Positions 34,200-44,387 are shown, numbered from the stretch's first letter. The stretch: 64,000 bases of DNA from Candidatus Kerfeldbacteria bacterium (GCA_016182495.1 JACPGK010000008.1:2870-66869), one strand, 5' to 3'. Program-made: numbers and translations. The notes: a model not told the origin generated them from the letters alone.

Positions 34200-34625
34200 C
34201 TATGATAGTTTGGTAATATTTACTTGCACTTGAACAGCATCAATTGTTGGATAAGACACGGTGGCGGTATATTGACCAATGGCTTTGATTGGTTCAATCA
34301 TTACTTGGGCTGGTGTAGTTGAACAGTGATACTGTTGAGTAATGTGTTCGGCCAATTGAGCAGGGGTAATAGCTGCGAATAAAGTACCGGCAGCAGAGGC
34401 TTTGGCTGGCAAGGTAAGCGTAGCCGTACGCAACTGATCAGCCACCTGCTGATACTGCTGATGTTGTTCAGCCTGATCGGCCTGTTGACGAACGTGATGT
34501 TGTTCAGCTTCAGCTACAGTAGTGGCAGTAGCGACGCGAGCTAACTTTTTAGGCAATAAATAATTACGGGCATAGCCATCGGCAACATTTTTTATTTCTC
34601 CGGTAGTAGCCATGATCACTTTCAT
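34200..34625 (-). CDS. rplI: 50S ribosomal protein L9
   Basis: The N-terminal domain (MKVIMATTGEIKNVADGYARNYLLPKKLA) is followed by a linker helix and a C-terminal domain. Confidence 0.8.
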   Translation of the reverse strand: MKVIMATTGEIKNVADGYARNYLLPKKLARVATATTVAEAEQHHVRQQADQAEQHQQYQQVADQLRTATLTLPAKASAAGTLFAAITPAQLAEHITQQYHCSTTPAQVMIEPIKAIGQYTATVSYPTIDAVQVQVNITKLS

Positions 34626-34641
34626 AAGTAGTAGTATAGCA

Positions 34642-35862
34642 TTAGTTGGTTAACTGTGATAGTAGATAATTCAAGGCCGCTTCGCGTTGTGGATCACGAT
34701 TAGCTTGGTAATCAGTCAGCGTACGTTCAACCACACTATCAGGCGTAATACCAGTTTGATCAATAGAGTGTCCGAGCGGTGTTTGCCAGGTAGCCACGGT
34801 AATTTTTAAACTCGAAGCATCGGAAAATTTTTGATACTCTTGCACCGAGCCTTTGCCAAACGATTGTTCACCAATAATGTAGGCTCGCTGATAATCTTGT
34901 AAGGCGCCAGCTACTATTTCGGCAGCCGAAGCAGTGCCTTGATTCATCAACACAACCACTGGTGTGATGGTAGTGAGTAAGCTATGACCAGTGGCAGCAT
35001 GATCTTGCACTCGACCATCAGTGTACACTTCGCTCACAATAGTGCCTTCGTTGATAAACTGTGAAGCAATGGCAACGCTTTCTGATAATAAGCCGCCGGG
35101 ATTATTGCGCAGATCAATAATTAACCCAGCTGGCTGATCGAGCAGTATTTGTTGAGCAACGTTAGCAAACTCGGTACTCGAATTTTGATTAAAATGAGCT
35201 AGCGTAATAAGGCCGATCATTTGCCCAGCCTGATCAACGGTTTCATAGCGCACCCCAGAGTAATGAATAGTATCGCGAGTTAAAGTAACATCTATGGTAT
35301 CGACTGCACCAACATGATAGATGGTTAAAGTAACGGCAGTACCTTTCGGTCCACGAATACGATTCACTGCCTGATCAAGCGTTAAGCGACTGGCATCAGT
35401 GCCATCAATTTTAACAATAATGTCATTTGGTAAAATTTCAGCAATCGCGGCCGGACTACCAGCCAATGGAGCGATAACCACAATGTTACCATCTTTGACC
35501 CCTAGCTCGATACCAACCCCATCAAAATCCCCCGATAAATTATCATTAAACTCTTCGGCTTGATCGGGCGTAAAAAATACCGTGTAGGGATCATCAACCG
35601 CATCGGCAATACCAGCAATCGCACCGTAATACAAAGTTTCATCAGACACTGGCTGGTGTACATAGGAAGTTTTGACTGCTTCCCATACTTGCCAAAATAG
35701 TTTGAAATCTACAGTGCTGCTGGTAGCGTTACTACTAGAGGTTGGTACTGTAGCAGTAGCTCGCTGATCAGCTACGCCATAACCAACACCAAAGCCAAGT
35801 AAGGCGATGGCTCCTACCCCCAGCCACACTGTTAAACGAGACCAACGTTGTGCCTGATACAT
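34642..35862 (-). CDS. ctpA: carboxyl-terminal processing protease (S41, PDZ-containing)
   Basis: It has a signal anchor, a PDZ domain (GIELGVKDGNIVVIAPLAGSPAA) and S41 catalytic Ser/Lys blocks (GTASAAEI...K). Confidence 0.85.
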   Translation of the reverse strand: MYQAQRWSRLTVWLGVGAIALLGFGVGYGVADQRATATVPTSSSNATSSTVDFKLFWQVWEAVKTSYVHQPVSDETLYYGAIAGIADAVDDPYTVFFTPDQAEEFNDNLSGDFDGVGIELGVKDGNIVVIAPLAGSPAAIAEILPNDIIVKIDGTDASRLTLDQAVNRIRGPKGTAVTLTIYHVGAVDTIDVTLTRDTIHYSGVRYETVDQAGQMIGLITLAHFNQNSSTEFANVAQQILLDQPAGLIIDLRNNPGGLLSESVAIASQFINEGTIVSEVYTDGRVQDHAATGHSLLTTITPVVVLMNQGTASAAEIVAGALQDYQRAYIIGEQSFGKGSVQEYQKFSDASSLKITVATWQTPLGHSIDQTGITPDSVVERTLTDYQANRDPQREAALNYLLSQLTN

Positions 35863-35896
35863 ACTCTGCAGAGTGTATCAAACCGACTAGGCTGGG

Positions 35897-37159
35897 TCAA
35901 TTACTCACTCGGCGAATATGAACGCCAATCGAACGCAGCCGCCGATCAATCGCCTCGTAGCCACGGTCAATTTGATACACATTGCCAATTTCGCTTTTAC
36001 CTTGAGCAATACAAGCCGCAATGACCATAGCAATACCTGCCCGTAAATCAGGGCTTTCCACCTGCTTACCGCGTAAGGCAGTACCGCCATGAATAATGAC
36101 ATGTTGCGGTGTATGCATCACGATATGAGCACCCATTCGATTCAACATATCTGTATAAAATAAACGGTCGCCATAAATAGTTTCCACGACTTCATTACTG
36201 CCAGGAATTTGAGTTAATAACACCGTCAAAGGAGATTGACCATCGGTTGGAAATCCAGGATATTCTTCAGTAGCCACGACCATAGGTTTTAACTTTTTCC
36301 AGGGATGAACCGTAAGACTATTTTTATGGACCGTAAATTTTGCACCGCTAGCGCGTAATAACTGCAATGGCACTTCAATCGTAGTGGGATCACAGTCAAT
36401 AATAGTTAGCCGGCTATTTGATGCTAACGCCAGCACAATAAATGATACTGTTTCTATCCGATCAGGCATAATTGTGCACTGACCAGCTCGTAGGGCTGCT
36501 ACACCCGTAATCGTTAATTCACTAGTACCGGCTCCATGAATTTGGGCTCCCTGACTGTTTAAATAATTGGCTAGGACTAAAATTTCTGGTTCGCGCGCCA
36601 CATTGACTAATTCGGTAGTACCATCGGCTAACACCGCAGCCTGCATTAATGTTTCGGTAGCGGTGACGCTCACTTTGGGAAATACAAAACGACCGCCATG
36701 TAAGCCATGGGGAGCTTGAAAACGATATACTCCATTCCGTTCTTGGAAGCGTGCTCCCATGGTTTTGAAACCAGCGATAAAAATATCAATCGGGCGACGA
36801 CCAATAGCGCAACCACCCGGATGAGGAAACACTACTGAATGAAACCGGGCTAGCAACGGACCAGTTAATACAATAGCGGCTCGTAAGCGGGGTACTAAAT
36901 TTTTTGGTAAATGAGTAGTATGAATACCAGCAGTGCTGATAGTGTAGTGGCCATGACGCGGATGCCGAATAGTAGCGCCAATATCGGTAAGAATTTCAGC
37001 TAAGCGAAAAATATCTTCAATTTCAGGTACATTATCGACTGTCATTGGTTGATCTGTCAGCACGCTAGCCGCAAATACCTTCAGGGCATGATTTTTAGCC
37101 CCGCGTACAGCGATATTACCATGCAGACGATAACCACCTTGTATAATAAATTTGTCCAT
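35897..37159 (-). CDS. murA: UDP-N-acetylglucosamine 1-carboxyvinyltransferase
   Basis: The start MDKFIIQGGYRLHGNIAVRGAKNHALK is canonical MurA. The track extends 13 codons upstream to a TTG at 37198; I prefer the ATG at about 37159. Confidence 0.9.
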   Translation of the reverse strand: MDKFIIQGGYRLHGNIAVRGAKNHALKVFAASVLTDQPMTVDNVPEIEDIFRLAEILTDIGATIRHPRHGHYTISTAGIHTTHLPKNLVPRLRAAIVLTGPLLARFHSVVFPHPGGCAIGRRPIDIFIAGFKTMGARFQERNGVYRFQAPHGLHGGRFVFPKVSVTATETLMQAAVLADGTTELVNVAREPEILVLANYLNSQGAQIHGAGTSELTITGVAALRAGQCTIMPDRIETVSFIVLALASNSRLTIIDCDPTTIEVPLQLLRASGAKFTVHKNSLTVHPWKKLKPMVVATEEYPGFPTDGQSPLTVLLTQIPGSNEVVETIYGDRLFYTDMLNRMGAHIVMHTPQHVIIHGGTALRGKQVESPDLRAGIAMVIAACIAQGKSEIGNVYQIDRGYEAIDRRLRSIGVHIRRVSN

Positions 37160-37177
37160 GTAGAATGGTATTCTAAG

Positions 37178-38092
37178 ATGACCAAACGCAGCCGTCAACT
37201 CTATTTTAGCTTGGTGGTATTGGCTTCAGCCATTATCCTACCAGGACTATTGCTGTATAGTTCTGGTTATCGCGTTGATTGGCGATCCTGGACGATTGAA
37301 CGAACTGGGTCGTTACGCCTGACTACAGTGCCATCGGCCGCTACTGTGAGCGTGCTTGAATTGAATATATCGGCCCAGACACCGGTGTTAATGAACCAAC
37401 TGTTTCCCGGAACGTATACCGTGCAAGTAACTAAACCAGGCTATATGACCTGGTTAAATAAAGTCACTATCACAGCTCAACAAACAGTCCAATTTGATCC
37501 GTTGCTTCTATTTAGTACCGATGCCAATACTATTAAACTAACAGACTATCCTAATACTCTGCGCTCATCAGCTGATGACCTGCTGGTGCAACAATTATCG
37601 CCCAATGTGCAATATGCGCTATCACAGTTGCCGCTGGCAAAAAATTATCAACTGACCCAGTTAGCCGATGAACTCTATGCCGTTTGGAATAAGCCAGCCG
37701 ATCAATTACTCCTGGTGCAGGCTGTTGATACGACGGCCGAACTTACTACACTGCATCAACACGCCATTAGTGTTGATTGGAATGATGCGACTAACCAACT
37801 ACTCTATGCCACTGAACATGAATTATATGTGTATGATGTGCCAACGCAACGCAGTCGATTAGTAACCCGTTTAAGTAGTACGATACGTGAAGCGCACTGG
37901 CACCCACTAGGTTGGTATGCTGTATTAGTCAGTCAAGACAAAATTCAAATATTTGATACCCGCGTACTAGCCGCCGCCTATAGCTTAACCGTCTACCAAG
38001 GTACGGCTCCACAAGCTTTAGGCTTTGATCGACGGGGCACCACTGTATACTTTAGCGATAACGGTAGTATTCAAGCCTTACGATTGCAGTAA
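37178..38092 (+). CDS. membrane-anchored PEGA-domain protein
   Basis: It starts at MTKRSRQLYFSLVVLASAIILPGLLL (N-terminal TM anchor); the track ORF starts earlier at 37049. The PEGA-like beta-sandwich is LRLTTVPSAATVSVLELN...PGTYTVQVTKPGYMTWLNKVTI. Confidence 0.55.
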   Translation: MTKRSRQLYFSLVVLASAIILPGLLLYSSGYRVDWRSWTIERTGSLRLTTVPSAATVSVLELNISAQTPVLMNQLFPGTYTVQVTKPGYMTWLNKVTITAQQTVQFDPLLLFSTDANTIKLTDYPNTLRSSADDLLVQQLSPNVQYALSQLPLAKNYQLTQLADELYAVWNKPADQLLLVQAVDTTAELTTLHQHAISVDWNDATNQLLYATEHELYVYDVPTQRSRLVTRLSSTIREAHWHPLGWYAVLVSQDKIQIFDTRVLAAAYSLTVYQGTAPQALGFDRRGTTVYFSDNGSIQALRLQ

Positions 38093-38950
38093 GTAGTCTG
38101 CCAACGCATCAGCCCATGGCCGAGCTGGGGGTAGTTTGGTATTGAGCAAAATTGAATAGTGTGGCCGAGTAGCTGGCCGTGGAAATTCGGCTGACGTGCA
38201 TGGTTGCACTGTTACTGAAGTATTGGTTAATTTAAAAATAGTGGTGGCGAATTCATACCAGGTACAACTACCGGCGTTGGTGACATGGTACACCCCAGCA
38301 GGCAGGTTGTGTTCAATGAGATAACGAGTGGCCTTGGCTAAATCTTTGGTATAGGTAGGGCTGCCATGTTGATCGTTAACCACGGTCAGGGTTGGATGTG
38401 TTTTGGCCAAGGCGAGCATTGTATCAACAAAATTCTTACCTCCTGGACCGTACAACCAAGCTGTTCGAATAATATAATATTTCTTCCAACGATCATCTCC
38501 TAACTGTTGAATGGCAACTTCGCCAGCGGCCTTTGATTGGCCATAGGCATTAACTGGTTGAATGGTTGGATAATCTTCTGAATAACCAGTCGATTGATCA
38601 CCAGCAAAAACGTAATCGGTGCTGTAGTGTATCAACCAGGCATCTAACTCTTTAGCCACTTGAGCTAAATAGCTTGGACCAGTGCCATTAACGGCCATAG
38701 CTAAATCGAACTTGGTTTCACAATCATCTACTGCCGTGAAGGCGGCGGCATTAATAATGATATCAGGCTGATACGAACTTAACACCCGGCGCACAGTATC
38801 GAGTTGAGTGATATCAATATCAGCGTGAGTTAAGCCAACAACAGTATAACCGACTAAACATTGCTGCAGCATACTACCAAGCATGCCCGTAGCGCCCACT
38901 ATAACTATGGTTTTATTGTGTTCCATGAGTTTTTTGTACACAGTGATCAA
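38078..38950 (-). CDS. rmlD: dTDP-4-dehydrorhamnose reductase
   Basis: The Rossmann motif VGATGMLG and the YxxxK catalytic pair (YGQSK) are present. It is the last gene of the rml operon. Confidence 0.85.
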   Translation of the reverse strand: MITVYKKLMEHNKTIVIVGATGMLGSMLQQCLVGYTVVGLTHADIDITQLDTVRRVLSSYQPDIIINAAAFTAVDDCETKFDLAMAVNGTGPSYLAQVAKELDAWLIHYSTDYVFAGDQSTGYSEDYPTIQPVNAYGQSKAAGEVAIQQLGDDRWKKYYIIRTAWLYGPGGKNFVDTMLALAKTHPTLTVVNDQHGSPTYTKDLAKATRYLIEHNLPAGVYHVTNAGSCTWYEFATTIFKLTNTSVTVQPCTSAEFPRPATRPHYSILLNTKLPPARPWADALADYLLQS

Positions 38951-39896
38951 GCCATTGGCGATGCTGTTGAAACCATTGAACGGTTTGCGCTAGGCCATTG
39001 GTTACTGTTACGCGCGGAGTCCACCCTAATTGGCGTTGAATTTTAGAATAATCCATAGCATACCGTTCATCATGGCCTGGCCGATCAGCCACAAACGTAA
39101 TCAACGATTCATCTTTATGCAATAAATGTATCAATTCACGGGCCACTGTCACATTCGACCATTGTTCTCCTCCACCGATGCAATAGGTTTCACCACTGTG
39201 GCCAGCTTGAATAATAGCATCAAGGGCTCGGCAATGATCCTCGACATATAACCAATCGCGCACATGGCGACCATCGCCATATATTGGAATGGGTTGATCA
39301 TTGAGCAGTTGAGTAATGGCTAGTGGGATCATTTTTTCTGGGAAATGCCATGGTCCATAATTATTCGAACAGTTACTGATGGTAACCGGTAAACCATACG
39401 TATGCCAGTACGCTCGAACAATATGATCAGCCCCGGCTTTAGAGGCTGAATACGGACTGCGCGGTTGATACGGAGTAGTTTCGTTAAACGTAGCTTGGCC
39501 AGTTAACGGTAACGAACCAAATACCTCATCGGTAGAAACATGATGAAAGCGAGTTTCAAACTCAAGAGCAGCTTGCAGTAGCACTTGTGTACCCAGCACA
39601 TTGGTACGAATAAATGGACTAGGTTCTGCAATTGATCGATCAACATGACTTTCGGCGGCAAAATGGACAATCTGATCAACTTCATGAACCAGTGGGTTCA
39701 CTACAGTAGCATCGCAAATATCACCTTGAACAAATCGATAATTAGGATGATTTTCAACTGCCTGAAGATTTTCTAAATTACCAGCATAGGTTAATTTATC
39801 AAAATTAATAATACTATCATTGGGATACTGTTGTAACCAGTAGTGAATAAAGTTGGAACCGATAAATCCAGCTCCACCGGTGACTAATAATTTCAT
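38913..39896 (-). CDS. rmlB: dTDP-glucose 4,6-dehydratase
   Basis: It carries MKLLVTGGAGFIGSNF and the extended-SDR catalytic YSASK. Confidence 0.9.
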   Translation of the reverse strand: MKLLVTGGAGFIGSNFIHYWLQQYPNDSIINFDKLTYAGNLENLQAVENHPNYRFVQGDICDATVVNPLVHEVDQIVHFAAESHVDRSIAEPSPFIRTNVLGTQVLLQAALEFETRFHHVSTDEVFGSLPLTGQATFNETTPYQPRSPYSASKAGADHIVRAYWHTYGLPVTISNCSNNYGPWHFPEKMIPLAITQLLNDQPIPIYGDGRHVRDWLYVEDHCRALDAIIQAGHSGETYCIGGGEQWSNVTVARELIHLLHKDESLITFVADRPGHDERYAMDYSKIQRQLGWTPRVTVTNGLAQTVQWFQQHRQWLDHCVQKTHGTQ

Positions 39897-40426
39897 AGCG
39901 TGTGAATTAACTGCCAGGCGGCTAATGTCATGCCGTCGGTAATTTTACCACTAGTGATTAATTGAATAAAAGCTGCAATAGTAGTGATTTGTACCTCAAT
40001 TTGTTCAGTCGGTTCTGGTTGACGCTGGGTGGGTTGTAAATGATCAGCTCGAAATACCCAACAGTGTTCATCCGATAAACCATTACACGGTACAAACCAA
40101 CCAACCGGGGTTACGGTAGCCGTATAGCCGGCTTCTTCCGCTAATTCACGAGTAGCTGCTTGTAATGGCGTTTCATTAGCATCAATCCGACCAGCTGGAA
40201 ATTCTATACTGTTACTTTGCAACAAATAGCGATACTGTTGCAGAGTGATGATCTCCCGGTCAGATAAAAATGGTACAATCAATACAGATTGTAATCCACG
40301 CAAACCATAGTATTCACCAGTAGTACCATTTGGTAAACGATACTGTTCATGCGATACTTGATAATAGGGGTTGCGATGAACAATCTTGGCAGTAAGCTGT
40401 TGAAATGTCATCGCTCTATTAGCCAC
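39893..40426 (-). CDS. NUDIX hydrolase embedded in the rml operon
   Basis: The Nudix box GRIDANETPLQAATRELAEEAGY fits Gx5Ex7REUxEExGU. Start/stop overlaps with rmlC and rmlB indicate translational coupling. Confidence 0.75.
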   Translation of the reverse strand: MANRAMTFQQLTAKIVHRNPYYQVSHEQYRLPNGTTGEYYGLRGLQSVLIVPFLSDREIITLQQYRYLLQSNSIEFPAGRIDANETPLQAATRELAEEAGYTATVTPVGWFVPCNGLSDEHCWVFRADHLQPTQRQPEPTEQIEVQITTIAAFIQLITSGKITDGMTLAAWQLIHTL

Positions 40427-40976
40427 GAGTTAATTCCCATACCGAAGTACCAAACTGATCCCACGGTAACCGATGTTCATCGGTGACATCAGGCTGGGGA
40501 GTAAATTGATTATTCACAAAATAGATAATAGCCGCTGGCTGTTTCCATAGATTAGCCGCCCCATGCGCCACACCCCGAGGAATATAAATTAACTTGGCTT
40601 TACCCGCTCCAGCGACTAGCCGTAGTAATTGGCCAGCCGTCGGTGATTGTGTTCGACAATCGCGTAAGCACACTAACAGTTTATCGCTGGGCGGCACAAA
40701 CCAGATATCTTCTTGCTGGTAATGTAGATGCCAAGCTTTAATTACACCGGGATCCATTTCGGAATAATTCATCTGCTGCAAACTGAACTCTGGAAAATCA
40801 GTCATGGCTTGCTTGGTCCAGCGCTGTAGTTCAAGAAAATATCCACCATCATCAATCAAAGTTTTTAACTCAACAATCTTCACGCCGGCAATCATTGTTG
40901 TACCAGTATAATCCTGCACCGTGACGGCTGATTGTAAATCGGTAATTAAATCTTGACTGGTGAGTGGTGATGTCAT
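40419..40976 (-). CDS. rmlC: dTDP-4-dehydrorhamnose 3,5-epimerase (cupin)
   Basis: The cupin core has the conserved His/Lys/Tyr pattern (IKAWHLHYQ...GVAHGAANL). Operon context supports the call. Confidence 0.75.
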   Translation of the reverse strand: MTSPLTSQDLITDLQSAVTVQDYTGTTMIAGVKIVELKTLIDDGGYFLELQRWTKQAMTDFPEFSLQQMNYSEMDPGVIKAWHLHYQQEDIWFVPPSDKLLVCLRDCRTQSPTAGQLLRLVAGAGKAKLIYIPRGVAHGAANLWKQPAAIIYFVNNQFTPQPDVTDEHRLPWDQFGTSVWELTRG

Positions 40977-40985
40977 AATAGTGGG

Positions 40986-41702
40986 TTATGATTTACGTAC
41001 CTGCTGGCGACGGAATTGGGCCGCCTTAAATAAACTTTCAAAGGTGCCGGTATCAATCCATTCACCGGTAATCAATTGAGCTGATAATGTACCCTGTGCC
41101 AGGTACAGATTATTTAAATCGGTAATTTCAAGTTCATGGCGAGCCGATGGTTGTAAGGCTCGAATTAAATCGAACACCTGCTGATCGTAGATATAGATAC
41201 CGGTTTGGGCAAGATTACTTTTTGGCTTGGTTGGTTTTTCTTCAATATTGATAACCTGATTATGCTCATTCATCACTACCACGCCAAACCGTTCTGGATC
41301 GGATACGGGTTTTACAAAAATTTTAGCACCGGCAGAAAATTGCTGAACATCTTTGGTAAAATTATATTCAAAAATATTATCTCCCAGTATCATTGTGCAA
41401 CTATCATCACCAACAAATGTTTCAGCAATCGATAACCCTTGAGCTAACCCCATGGGTTTATCTTGAATTTCGTAAGTAAATTTAGCCTTAAAATCTCGGC
41501 CGGATCCTAAAAAATTTAAAAAATCACCGGCGTGATCCGGCGCAGTAATAATCAAAATTTCTGTAATACCCGCTTGCAGTAAGGTATGCAAGGGATAATA
41601 AATCATCGGTTGATCATAAATTGGCAACAGTTGCTTACTGGTTACCCGAGTAAGTGGTGATAACCGCGTACCATTACCACCGGCCAAAATAATACCTTTC
41701 AT
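40986..41702 (-). CDS. rmlA: glucose-1-phosphate thymidylyltransferase (short form)
   Basis: The sequence MKGIILAGGNGTRLSPLT...KQLLPIYDQPMIYYPL is the invariant RmlA signature. At 238 aa it lacks the usual C-terminal extension. Confidence 0.85.
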   Translation of the reverse strand: MKGIILAGGNGTRLSPLTRVTSKQLLPIYDQPMIYYPLHTLLQAGITEILIITAPDHAGDFLNFLGSGRDFKAKFTYEIQDKPMGLAQGLSIAETFVGDDSCTMILGDNIFEYNFTKDVQQFSAGAKIFVKPVSDPERFGVVVMNEHNQVINIEEKPTKPKSNLAQTGIYIYDQQVFDLIRALQPSARHELEITDLNNLYLAQGTLSAQLITGEWIDTGTFESLFKAAQFRRQQVRKS

Positions 41703-41721
41703 GACGCCTACACTATCAGGT

Positions 41722-41940
41722 TTAGGCCCGTTTGTCTAGCGTAACGTAAACACTATACACTACTACATTGACTAGACCGATCCAACCAAACAGCTCGAGC
41801 GGAAAAATGATACCAACAAAATTTTGCCACCAAACATTTAACATCAACAGCCCACCATAGAGTAGCAACCAAAAAATTGTCAGGTCTCGCCAAAATTGTT
41901 TAAATAATTTTACCATAGTTTTGCAGTGAATCGTTCCCAA
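41722..41940 (-). CDS. small hypothetical 2-TM protein
   Basis: It is a 72-aa hydrophobic ORF between rmlA and the 512-aa gene. It may be spurious. Confidence 0.3.
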   Translation of the reverse strand: MGTIHCKTMVKLFKQFWRDLTIFWLLLYGGLLMLNVWWQNFVGIIFPLELFGWIGLVNVVVYSVYVTLDKRA

Positions 41941-43448
41941 GCATTATGCCACGTAATCGGTTCTTTATGGGCTACCACTGTAATCGAGCGCACCTTGATA
42001 CCTTCAGGCATGGTATCTAACCCTGGGGCAGAGATAATAAAATCAAGTGTCGTAGCATCAGCCCGGTGGGCTTGAGTTACATCAAACGAAGCAGTGGCGG
42101 TAGTCCAACTGCGAATTCGTTCGGGTTGGGCATAGCGAGCGGTAATAATGTAATTTAATTGCTCCAAACGAGTATATTGGTTTAATGGCTGAAAACCAAA
42201 TTGCGGATCAAACCAGGTATCTTTACTAAAACTAAAAAAACTATCGTTGGTTAATTCCATATCATTGTGCGGCACAGCGACGGTAGTTTCGAAACCGGCA
42301 ATTGGATTACGCCATAGGTACAGGCTGTTAGCCTTAGCCACCACCAGCGGGCCATCATAAAATTGTACTTCGCCCAAACCGCCAGGGTGTTTAGCATTCA
42401 TGGTGACATAATTGCTGCGTGTATACACCGTGGCCGGAGTGGTGACGATATCGGGCAAAACCGTTGTATACTCGGCAGCGCCGGCTAAATGCAATTTATT
42501 TTTGAACACCACCCGATGCTGACTGGTAACAATTTCCGTAAAAAAGATATCATCACTGCCACTAAAACTAACTTCATACACGCCCTCTGGCAAATCAGTC
42601 AAGGTGAGTTCGTCGCTACGTACTGGGCTGGCGGTACCAGTGATACCTTCATCACCATCTTCTTGGTAAGTATTTAACCAAATATCTTCACCCAAATGTC
42701 GCACGGCTACGGTTAATGGATCTGGACCAGCGGCAAAATTAATATCACGATAAGTCCAGCCTACCTGCAACGGCTCATCCTGCACATACACCATCATGGT
42801 ATGAGCCCCGCGTAATGGCTGATCAATCACCGTGCTGCCGGGTTGAGCGTGATAATCAAGATCAACGAACGGAAATTCAATCGTGGTAAGAAAAGTGCCA
42901 ACACCGGCATTAACTGGCGGGTGAGTTAAAAAATCGGTCACACTAGTGTAAGTGGGCGTGCGTTGCAATACAATATACTGATCATCTTCTAATCGTTCCC
43001 AGGTAGAATTATCAATAAATTTATTTTCCAGTGGTTTAAAATCAAAAGCCCACACCGTATCGTCGTCGCTTAAACGTAAACCCAACTGCACTACTGGTTG
43101 ATGTGGATTTTGATATTCCAAAGTGACATCGGCCTGCGGGTAGGCACTCGGCAAATTAATACTAAAATATACCGGCTCCCCAATTAAGCGCTGATAGTAC
43201 TCTCCGTTTTCGGCGTTTTGTTCGCGATCTAACGCTCGACCGCGTGGAGTGAATTGAGAAATAACATTAGCCGTGGTATCAAAATAATACGCGGCTCGAA
43301 ATTCACCATTCATGCCATAATACCGCCAACCAATGTAAGCGATTACTAATAAGCCACTGGCGGCTAGCGCTAATCTCCACCACTGTTGCATGGTCATAGG
43401 CTGCAGTATACCCAATCTGGCACTGGGTTGCAATTTTGAATAAAACAT
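41910..43448 (-). CDS. hypothetical membrane-anchored extracytoplasmic protein (512 aa)
   Basis: A single N-terminal TM helix (WWRLALAASGLLVIAYIGW) is followed by a roughly 460-aa beta-rich region with no recognised motif. It is divergent from the glycan locus with only a 15-nt gap. Confidence 0.5.
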   Translation of the reverse strand: MFYSKLQPSARLGILQPMTMQQWWRLALAASGLLVIAYIGWRYYGMNGEFRAAYYFDTTANVISQFTPRGRALDREQNAENGEYYQRLIGEPVYFSINLPSAYPQADVTLEYQNPHQPVVQLGLRLSDDDTVWAFDFKPLENKFIDNSTWERLEDDQYIVLQRTPTYTSVTDFLTHPPVNAGVGTFLTTIEFPFVDLDYHAQPGSTVIDQPLRGAHTMMVYVQDEPLQVGWTYRDINFAAGPDPLTVAVRHLGEDIWLNTYQEDGDEGITGTASPVRSDELTLTDLPEGVYEVSFSGSDDIFFTEIVTSQHRVVFKNKLHLAGAAEYTTVLPDIVTTPATVYTRSNYVTMNAKHPGGLGEVQFYDGPLVVAKANSLYLWRNPIAGFETTVAVPHNDMELTNDSFFSFSKDTWFDPQFGFQPLNQYTRLEQLNYIITARYAQPERIRSWTTATASFDVTQAHRADATTLDFIISAPGLDTMPEGIKVRSITVVAHKEPITWHNAWERFTAKLW

Positions 43449-43463
43449 GGTATAGTTGCCGCC

Positions 43464-44387
43464 GTGTATAGCGTAGTTGTGCCAATCTATAATGAAGCGG
43501 CTACCTTGGAAGAATTACACCGCCGTTTAGTAACAGTAATGGAACAACTCCAACAACCGTTTGAGCTTATTTTTGTTAATGACGGCAGTACTGATACTAC
43601 GCATCGGGTGCTAGAACAATTATCGCCTATTACGGTAGTAACCTTACGTCATAATTTTGGACAAACCGCTGCTTTAGCGGCCGGCATTAAACAAGCCAAG
43701 GGTGATAGTATTATTACCCTTGATGCCGACTTACAAAATCCGCCTGAAGAAATTCCTAAGCTGTTGCGGGTACTGCGTGATCAATCACTCGATGTGGTAT
43801 CTGGCTGGCGCCGCCAGCGGCACGATAGCTTAAGCAAACACCTGTTATCACGTGGCGCCAACGTATTGCGGCGCTTGATTATTCATGACGGTATTCATGA
43901 TTCTGGCTGCACCTTAAAAGCTTATCGCCGCATTTGTTTTGAGCAACTTGATTTGCTGGGAGAAATTCATCGCTTTATTCCCGGTATGTTGCGCTGGCAA
44001 GGTTTTACCGTTGGTGAAGTGGAAGTACGCCATGAACAGCGTCGATTCGGTAACACTAAATACAATACTTGGCGGATTGTGAAAGGATTAATCGATATGA
44101 TTGGAGTATGGTTTTGGCGTAAATATTCTTCGCGACCGTTACACTTATTTGGCGGCAGTGGCATACTACTCACCATCATTGGTTTAGTTGGATTTGTTAG
44201 CCTGGGTATTGCTCGGATATTTTTTTCCTACCCATTATCGCAAAGTATTTGGCCATTACTGGCTAGCTTAGCGATGGTATCGGGCATTCAGTTATTTGTG
44301 TCGGGCTTGCTAGCTGAAATATTGATTAAACAGTACTATCACAGCAATCGCACTGCCTACAGTATAAAAAGTGTTGAACAACACTAA
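43464..44387 (+). CDS. GT2 polyprenyl-phosphate glycosyltransferase (Dpm1/GtrB/ArnC-like, C-terminal TM helices)
   Basis: The N-terminus VVVPIYNEAATL, the DxD (TLDADLQ) and two C-terminal TM helices are the architecture of enzymes that make polyprenyl-P-sugars. Confidence 0.8.
   Translation: MYSVVVPIYNEAATLEELHRRLVTVMEQLQQPFELIFVNDGSTDTTHRVLEQLSPITVVTLRHNFGQTAALAAGIKQAKGDSIITLDADLQNPPEEIPKLLRVLRDQSLDVVSGWRRQRHDSLSKHLLSRGANVLRRLIIHDGIHDSGCTLKAYRRICFEQLDLLGEIHRFIPGMLRWQGFTVGEVEVRHEQRRFGNTKYNTWRIVKGLIDMIGVWFWRKYSSRPLHLFGGSGILLTIIGLVGFVSLGIARIFFSYPLSQSIWPLLASLAMVSGIQLFVSGLLAEILIKQYYHSNRTAYSIKSVEQH

Noticed and set aside
37049-37198. Track-extended N-termini of murA (TTG at 37198) and of the PEGA-protein ORF (from 37049), which would overlap each other head-to-head by 150 nt
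   Set aside because: Both family-typical N-termini begin at internal ATGs (MDKFIIQGG... at about 37159 and MTKRSRQ... at 37178). Using those leaves an 18-nt divergent gap, so the overlap is an ORF-caller artefact.
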